A stretch of 32,000 bases of DNA, taken from positions 117,801 to 149,800 of the forward strand of contig CAYZSL010000002.1 in assembly GCA_964481125.1 (NCBI GenBank). Reading direction: 5' to 3'. The stretch is from an uncultured Candidatus Saccharibacteria bacterium. GTDB taxonomy: Bacteria; Patescibacteriota; Minisyncoccia; Minisyncoccales; RBG-13-42-11. Below are positions 27,640 to 32,000 of this stretch, in pieces. The notes under the pieces were generated by a model. The model worked only from the letters and a program-made list of their open reading frames with translations. It was not told the DNA's origin and ran no database searches. Each line of letters begins with the position of its first letter. Position 1 is the stretch's first letter. The translations under genes were made by a program, and so were the position numbers.

Positions 27640-28186
27640 TCTTTTACCGTTTTCCAAAAAACAAGAAATAAATCAGGAAGAAAACTGGAAGATACTGATG
27701 ATTTTGGCTATTAGTGTTTTGGAAGTTCTCGTTTGCTTTATTCTTATTCTTTATGCAATAAACATTTCTATTGCCGGAGACGTTAGTCTGGAAAAGATTT
27801 TGTACGAACAAAAGGCAAAAGAATTCGAATCCTCCCAAATGTTGGATTTAAAAACAGAGATAATCGGATTTAATAAAGTTGTTCTTCAGCTGGATAATTT
27901 CTATCAGAATCAGCTTACTCCGACCGAAACCATTGAGGAAATTTTACAGACAATTCCAGAAGGCATTTACCTGACAAATTTAGCCATTACTTTGGGGAGC
28001 GACAAAGATAAAATAATGCAATGCGAGCTCAAGGGATTTTCCCCGACCAGTGGAATGCTGCTTGTTTTTAAAGAAAACCTTGAGAAAGAAGAGAGTTTCA
28101 ATGAGGTTTCTTTTCCGCCAGCCACTTGGTTAAAGTCAATTGATATTAATTTCACGGTAACTTTCAAAATAAATGACAATAACTAA
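27632..28186 (+). CDS. pilN: PilN-like protein
   Basis: MINLLPFSKKQEINQEENWKILMILAISVLEVLVCF followed by periplasmic-type coiled coil; directly after pilM. Confidence 0.8.
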   Translation: MINLLPFSKKQEINQEENWKILMILAISVLEVLVCFILILYAINISIAGDVSLEKILYEQKAKEFESSQMLDLKTEIIGFNKVVLQLDNFYQNQLTPTETIEEILQTIPEGIYLTNLAITLGSDKDKIMQCELKGFSPTSGMLLVFKENLEKEESFNEVSFPPATWLKSIDINFTVTFKINDNN

Positions 28187-28712
28187 AAGAATTAATATCA
28201 CTTTAATATTTTTTTCACTTTTGATTATTTCAATAATTGTTTTTGCCATTATTCCTCTTTTTCAGGCAATCGGAAACAATTCCAAAGAAGTAGTCGTACA
28301 AAAACAAAAAATGGCGCTTTTGGAAATAGAAAGCGTAAGCCTAAAGGAAAACGAGTCTTCGATGAAATCATCGCAACAATTCATGGAAGAGGTTGGCAAG
28401 TTATTTATTGATTCGGAAGTTCCTTTGGAATTCATCAATTTTTTAGAAGACGTTTCCCAAGAATGCCAGATTAATACAGAAATCTTGCCTAGTTTCGAAA
28501 AGAATACAGAAAAAGACGTATGGCCCTATTCCACTTTCCAACTGGTTTCCAGCGGTTATTTCTTTAACTTCTTAAAACTGTTGGAAAAGTTGGAAAACAG
28601 CCCTTATCTTATTGACGTGCAGAATATGAACATCAGCAGAGTAGGCGCTCAAGAAGAAGGAGGATTAACCAATATCAAGGCCAGCTTTGCCATAAAAGTA
28701 TTTGTCAAATAA
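28173..28712 (+). CDS. pilO: PilO-like protein
   Basis: N-terminal TM then coiled coil and alpha/beta domain (WPYSTFQLVSSGYFFNFLKLLEKLENSPYLIDVQNMNISR); after pilN. Confidence 0.75.
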   Translation: MTITKRINITLIFFSLLIISIIVFAIIPLFQAIGNNSKEVVVQKQKMALLEIESVSLKENESSMKSSQQFMEEVGKLFIDSEVPLEFINFLEDVSQECQINTEILPSFEKNTEKDVWPYSTFQLVSSGYFFNFLKLLEKLENSPYLIDVQNMNISRVGAQEEGGLTNIKASFAIKVFVK

Positions 28713-28713
28713 A

Positions 28714-29016
28714 ATGTTTAAGTTTAAATCAACGAAATTAAAAGAAGTATTGAGAAAATTGCCAAAAAGTTTGGCCAAACGCAGTTTCCTGTTTTTCATA
28801 ATGTTGTTTCTGATTATTGCTTTTGTGGGAGGCTTTATCTTTTATTACTATCAATCTGGCTATTCTCTCGGCGTTGGCGATGAATTAAGTGGAGAAAAGC
28901 CGTTGAAATTCGATACTGATAGACAGCAGAAGGCTCTGGAGGAGTGGCAAAAAAGGGAAGAAAGTTTCAATTTAGCTGGTTCTAAAATATATTCTGATCC
29001 TTTTCAGATTGACTAA
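28714..29016 (+). CDS. Small basic single-TM protein of unknown function at the pilP position (track ORF opens at TTG 28702)
   Basis: MFKFKSTKLKEVLRKLPKSLAKRSFLFFIMLFLIIAFVGGFIFYYYQSG... Confidence 0.6.
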   Translation: MFKFKSTKLKEVLRKLPKSLAKRSFLFFIMLFLIIAFVGGFIFYYYQSGYSLGVGDELSGEKPLKFDTDRQQKALEEWQKREESFNLAGSKIYSDPFQID

Positions 29017-29053
29017 AGGCTGATTTCAGGTAGAATATATACGTTAAAAACTT

Positions 29054-29125
29054 GCCCTCGTAGTTCAATGGATAGAACACTAGCCTTCTAAGCTGGATAT
29101 GCAGGTTCGATTCCTGCCGAGGGCA
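29054..29125 (+). tRNA. tRNA-Arg(TCT)
   Basis: GCCCTCG/CGAGGGC acceptor, CTAGC-CTTCTAA-GCTGG anticodon arm, GCAGG-TTCGATT-CCTGC T-arm; followed by CCA. Confidence 0.92.
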
Positions 29126-29130
29126 CCATG

Positions 29131-29203
29131 GTGGGCGTAGTGTAGTGGTCTAGCACAAGAGTCTGTGGAACTCTTAGGGGGAGTTCGAATCTCCTCGCTC
29201 ACC
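29131..29203 (+). tRNA. tRNA-His(GTG)
   Basis: GTGGGCG/CGCTCAC acceptor, AGAGT-CTGTGGA-ACTCT anticodon arm; G at -1 (29130) opposite C73 as expected for tRNA-His. Confidence 0.9.
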
Positions 29204-29208
29204 TGTCT

Positions 29209-29253
29209 AAAACCAGAAACCGCTTTCTCAAGAAGGCGGTTTCTGGTAGGATA
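29209..29253. repeat. 45-nt hairpin repeat, copy 1
   Basis: AAAACCAGAAACCGCTTTCTCAAGAAGGCGGTTTCTGGTAGGATA, identical to 31163-31207; arms ACCAGAAACCGC/GCGGTTTCTGGT. Confidence 0.9.
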
Positions 29254-29280
29254 GGATAATAATTATCAATTAAAAATATT

Positions 29281-30414
29281 ATGAAAAACAAAGCTTTCTC
29301 TAGTATTTTAATTATATTAATTGTTACATTTGTTGTAGGACTTTTAACCATATTCTACTTTCTTGGGAATCAAAATTCTGGGATAGAACTCACTAATGTA
29401 TTAAACCCTCCATCAACGCCTACATCAACCTCTGATCAAGACGAAACTGCTGATTGGCAAACCTACAGGGATGAAGAATATGGAATTGAATTTAAGTATC
29501 CATTAGATTGGAGTGTTGGTCAGTCACCTAACTCTAAGGAATCTTTACTTATCGCTCCCGAATCTATAATCAAAGGATTAAATGAAATAGAATGGGCTAC
29601 TGGGGGGAGTATTACTTTGGGAATGACTATAAATAAAGATGTTGAAAGACCAGAAATTAAATCGGATGAATATAGTCAACTTATCAAAGAAGATATTATT
29701 TTTGTCGATAATCGGGCAACAACAGAATATACAACTCTACAGACCATAGACTTGCCAGGGGTGTTAGAAGGTTCAGTGATAGTTAGTGTAGTTATTCAAA
29801 GTGGTGAAGTGTTTTACAAAATTGACTTTCTAGACAATCAATATCGTGAACTTTTTAACCAAATACTTTCTACTTTTAAATTTATTAAAGAAGAAACAGA
29901 TAATGTTGCTTGTACCATGGAGGCGAAACTTTGTCCCGATGGTTCTTATGTTGGTCGCACTGGTCCTAACTGCGAATTTGCACCATGTCCCGACGCAGAA
30001 GACGAAACCGCCAATTGGAAGGTTTATAAAGATGAGTATTATGGACTTGAAATAAAGTATCCGCAAGATTGGGAATCACAAACACCACTTTTAGGTGAAA
30101 AAGAAGGAAAGGCTATTGTAATAATTGGAAACCTTGGTGACTCAAAGACGGCGATTTCTGATTTAAAAAAATGGATTTTTTATGAATCGGATAATGTAGT
30201 AAATTTTAAAGAAGAAGAGATATTATTAGATAATTTCCCAGCCATCAAAATTACTTATAAAGTAATTCATATAGAATCAACGGGTGCTACTAGATGGGAA
30301 GCTAATGTTTTTTTTGATAAAGAGAAAATTTCTAAAATATGGTTTCAGACAGACGAAGAAAATTATTTATCTGTTTTCGACCAAATACTTTCTACTTTTA
30401 AGTTTCTAGACTAA
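29281..30414 (+). CDS. Membrane-anchored protein with two PsbP/lipoprotein-like domains separated by a short Cys-rich linker
   Basis: TM MKNKAFSSILIILIVTFVVGLLTIFYFL; repeated YGIEFKYPLDW...ILSTFKFI and YGLEIKYPQDW...ILSTFKFL; linker CTMEAKLCPDGSYVGRTGPNCEFAPCP. Confidence 0.65.
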   Translation: MKNKAFSSILIILIVTFVVGLLTIFYFLGNQNSGIELTNVLNPPSTPTSTSDQDETADWQTYRDEEYGIEFKYPLDWSVGQSPNSKESLLIAPESIIKGLNEIEWATGGSITLGMTINKDVERPEIKSDEYSQLIKEDIIFVDNRATTEYTTLQTIDLPGVLEGSVIVSVVIQSGEVFYKIDFLDNQYRELFNQILSTFKFIKEETDNVACTMEAKLCPDGSYVGRTGPNCEFAPCPDAEDETANWKVYKDEYYGLEIKYPQDWESQTPLLGEKEGKAIVIIGNLGDSKTAISDLKKWIFYESDNVVNFKEEEILLDNFPAIKITYKVIHIESTGATRWEANVFFDKEKISKIWFQTDEENYLSVFDQILSTFKFLD

Positions 30415-30449
30415 AACAGGTTCTAACATCGTCCCCTAGACCACCTTTC
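30412..30449. repeat. 38-nt direct repeat, copy 1
   Basis: TAAAACAGGTTCTAACATCGTCCCCTAGACCACCTTTC, identical to 31123-31160. Confidence 0.9.
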
Positions 30450-30455
30450 ATTTCC

Positions 30456-30498
30456 CCCGTTAGAGGAGCCAATTAATCGCTAATCGGGCGGTTTTTTG
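30456..30498 (+). terminator. Rho-independent terminator-like hairpin
   Basis: CCCG-TTAG ... CTAA-T-CGGG then CGGTTTTTT. Confidence 0.6.
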
Positions 30499-30514
30499 GT
30501 AGAGTAAAATATAT

Positions 30515-31009
30515 ATGCAAAAAGAATTAAATAATTATGCTTTTATTGATAGCCAGAATGTAAACTTGGGCGTCCAAGAGTCGGGTTGGAAATTAGACTT
30601 TAGAAAGTTGAGGATTTATTTAAAAGAAAAATATTCCGTGAAAACGGCATATCTTTTTATTGGTTATTTACCAGAGAATAAAAATTTATATAGTTCCTTA
30701 CAAAAATACGGATATCTACTTATTTTTAAACCAGTAATAAAAGACGATAAAGGAGGGCCAAAGGGTAATGTGGACGCAGACTTGGTTTTACAATCAATGA
30801 TTGATTATAACGAATATTCTAAAGCAATTATTGTCACGAGTGATGGTGATTTTTATTCGTTGGTTGAATATCTCTATAAAAATGAAAAGTTAGAAATAGT
30901 CTTAAGTCCCAATAAAGAGAATTGTTCCGTACTTTTACAAAAAGCCGCTAGAGAGAAGATTTGGTTTATGGATAATCTTAAGAAAAGATTAGAGTATATT
31001 GGAGTATAA
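30515..31009 (+). CDS. NYN-domain (LabA-like) putative ribonuclease, second in window
   Basis: NYAFIDSQNVNLGV, VDADLVLQSMID, YSKAIIVTSDGDFYSLVEYLYKNEKLEIVL. Confidence 0.85.
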   Translation: MQKELNNYAFIDSQNVNLGVQESGWKLDFRKLRIYLKEKYSVKTAYLFIGYLPENKNLYSSLQKYGYLLIFKPVIKDDKGGPKGNVDADLVLQSMIDYNEYSKAIIVTSDGDFYSLVEYLYKNEKLEIVLSPNKENCSVLLQKAAREKIWFMDNLKKRLEYIGV

Positions 31010-31011
31010 AT

Positions 31012-31055
31012 GAAAAAGCACCGCTTAGGGACGGAACCCAAAGAAGTGCTTTTTC
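31012..31055. terminator. Inverted repeat with flanking A/T tracts, bidirectional terminator-like
   Basis: GAAAAAGCAC ... GTGCTTTTTC, 10 bp perfect arms. Confidence 0.6.
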
Positions 31056-31122
31056 GTAGTGATTCTATTTTAAGGCTAGCAATATTAAAGGATATTGTCA
31101 AGCGCTTGAATTCAACAATAGT

Positions 31123-31160
31123 TAAAACAGGTTCTAACATCGTCCCCTAGACCACCTTTC
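31123..31160. repeat. 38-nt direct repeat, copy 2
   Basis: Identical to 30412-30449. Confidence 0.9.
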
Positions 31161-31162
31161 GA

Positions 31163-31207
31163 AAAACCAGAAACCGCTTTCTCAAGAAGGCGGTTTCTGG
31201 TAGGATA
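31163..31207. repeat. 45-nt hairpin repeat, copy 2
   Basis: Identical to 29209-29253. Confidence 0.9.
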
Positions 31208-31214
31208 AGATAAT

Positions 31215-31817
31215 ATGGAACAAATATTTTCAAAAGAAATAGCCGATGAATTTATGATTTTCAAGGGAGAAGTAAGGGGAGTTTCGCTTAAAAACTACGC
31301 AGATTTTATTGTAAAAAAAGACGGTGAAGAAGGATTAAAGAAAGTGGAGAACGCTCTAGCAGAAGTCGGTTATCCGATAAAGTATCGAGAATTAGCAACA
31401 ATGGATTTTTATCCTTTAGGGTTCCAGGCTCTTTCTATAGCTGCCATGCAGAAATTTCTAAATTACGACGAAAAAACATTTTATGAATTGGGAAGTTTTC
31501 AGCCTAAAATCTCCTTAATGATTAAAATATTCTTAAAATATTTTTTCTCAATTGATATGCTGGCTAAAAAGGTTCCCGACATGTGGAAGAAGTCTTACAC
31601 AGTAGGAGAGCTAAAGGTGGCAGAACTCGATAAAGGAAAAAGACACATGATTTTAAGGCTTGAAAATTTCCCTTGCCATCCGATTCAATGTCACCAAACC
31701 CTTAGAGGTTACTTCCCTAGCGTTCTTAAGATGGTATTGGGGGCTGAGCCGACGTGTGAGGAAACAAAATGTGTTTTCCGAGGAGATAAGTATCATGAAT
31801 ATTTATTGAAATGGTAG
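31215..31817 (+). CDS. Uncharacterised ~200 aa protein, resembles DUF2378/V4R-type fold; first of a tandem pair, ends in TAG
   Basis: MEQIFSKEIADEFMIFKGEVRGVSLKNYADFIVKKDGEEGLKKVENALAEVGYPIKY...; C-terminal GxxxxxLxxxGAEPTCEETKCVFRGDKYHEYLLKW. Confidence 0.6.
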   Translation: MEQIFSKEIADEFMIFKGEVRGVSLKNYADFIVKKDGEEGLKKVENALAEVGYPIKYRELATMDFYPLGFQALSIAAMQKFLNYDEKTFYELGSFQPKISLMIKIFLKYFFSIDMLAKKVPDMWKKSYTVGELKVAELDKGKRHMILRLENFPCHPIQCHQTLRGYFPSVLKMVLGAEPTCEETKCVFRGDKYHEYLLKW

Positions 31818-31826
31818 TTTAATTAT

Positions 31827-32000
31827 ATGGAGCAGATAATTTCAAAAGAAGAATTATTGGAATTAGAGCAAATTAAGGGTGAAACAACCGGAAATAGCAT
31901 TAAAAATACTGGTGAGTTTGTTTTGAAAGAAGAAGGTAAGGAAGGTTTAAGAAAATTAGAAGAAACAATGGAAGCGCTTGGTTTTCCAATAAATTACCAA
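31827..32000 (+). CDS. Partial paralogue of 31215..31817, running off the window
   Basis: MEQIISKEELLELEQIKGETTGNSIKNTGEFVLKEEGKEGLRKLEETMEALGFPINYQ; 27 of 57 aligned residues identical to the upstream protein. Confidence 0.75.
   Translation, partial: MEQIISKEELLELEQIKGETTGNSIKNTGEFVLKEEGKEGLRKLEETMEALGFPINYQ

Noticed and set aside
30412-30449. 38-nt repeat as a tRNA 3' fragment or att site (…GGTTCTAAC…CCACC)
   Set aside because: It resembles a T-arm superficially, but the flanking bases do not form the stem and R57 is missing; no integrase nearby.
29209-31207. CRISPR-like array or retron/ncRNA system
   Set aside because: Only two copies of each repeat, spaced by whole genes; no spacers, cas genes or reverse transcriptase.
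1-32000. Alternative code 25 (UGA = Gly) as in Gracilibacteria/SR1
   Set aside because: All major ORFs are complete in the standard code with conserved Gly encoded by GGN, and ksgA ends in TGA.

Overview
The window reads as a contiguous piece of a reduced-genome bacterial chromosome. My inference is Candidate Phyla Radiation / Patescibacteria, standard code 11. It is mostly housekeeping genes plus a type IV pilus locus: a T4SS-like membrane protein and two large Cys-rich VirB2/TrbC-like proteins (1-3387), ksgA, a LysM-M23 peptidase, a DksA/TraR zinc finger, a TM-anchored GH3 protein, pnp-NYN-rpsO, cca, nusA, hppA, clpP, rny, a histidine kinase/response regulator pair, pilB-pilC-minor pilins-pilMNO, and eight tRNAs. 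It ends in a small accessory stretch (29.2-32.0 kb) with repeated intergenic modules. The observations most worth a second look are: (1) ksgA is interrupted by one in-frame TAG exactly at the conserved Gln of the LGQNFL motif; (2) two tandem paralogous genes at 31.2-32.0 kb (possibly DUF2378/V4R-like) lie in the same frame, separated only by TAG + 3 codons; (3) a two-part intergenic module (identical 38-nt block + hairpin + TGG-TAGRRT box) occurs twice in front of unrelated genes, and its 45-nt hairpin version also follows tRNA-His; (4) several genes have sigma70-like or extended -10 promoters only 6-10 nt upstream of ATG, suggesting leaderless mRNAs; (5) a terminator-like hairpin sits between a predicted promoter and the nusA start. 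I see no CRISPR array, transposase, phage module or recognisable defence operon. Family names come from motif recognition by eye, not database searches.
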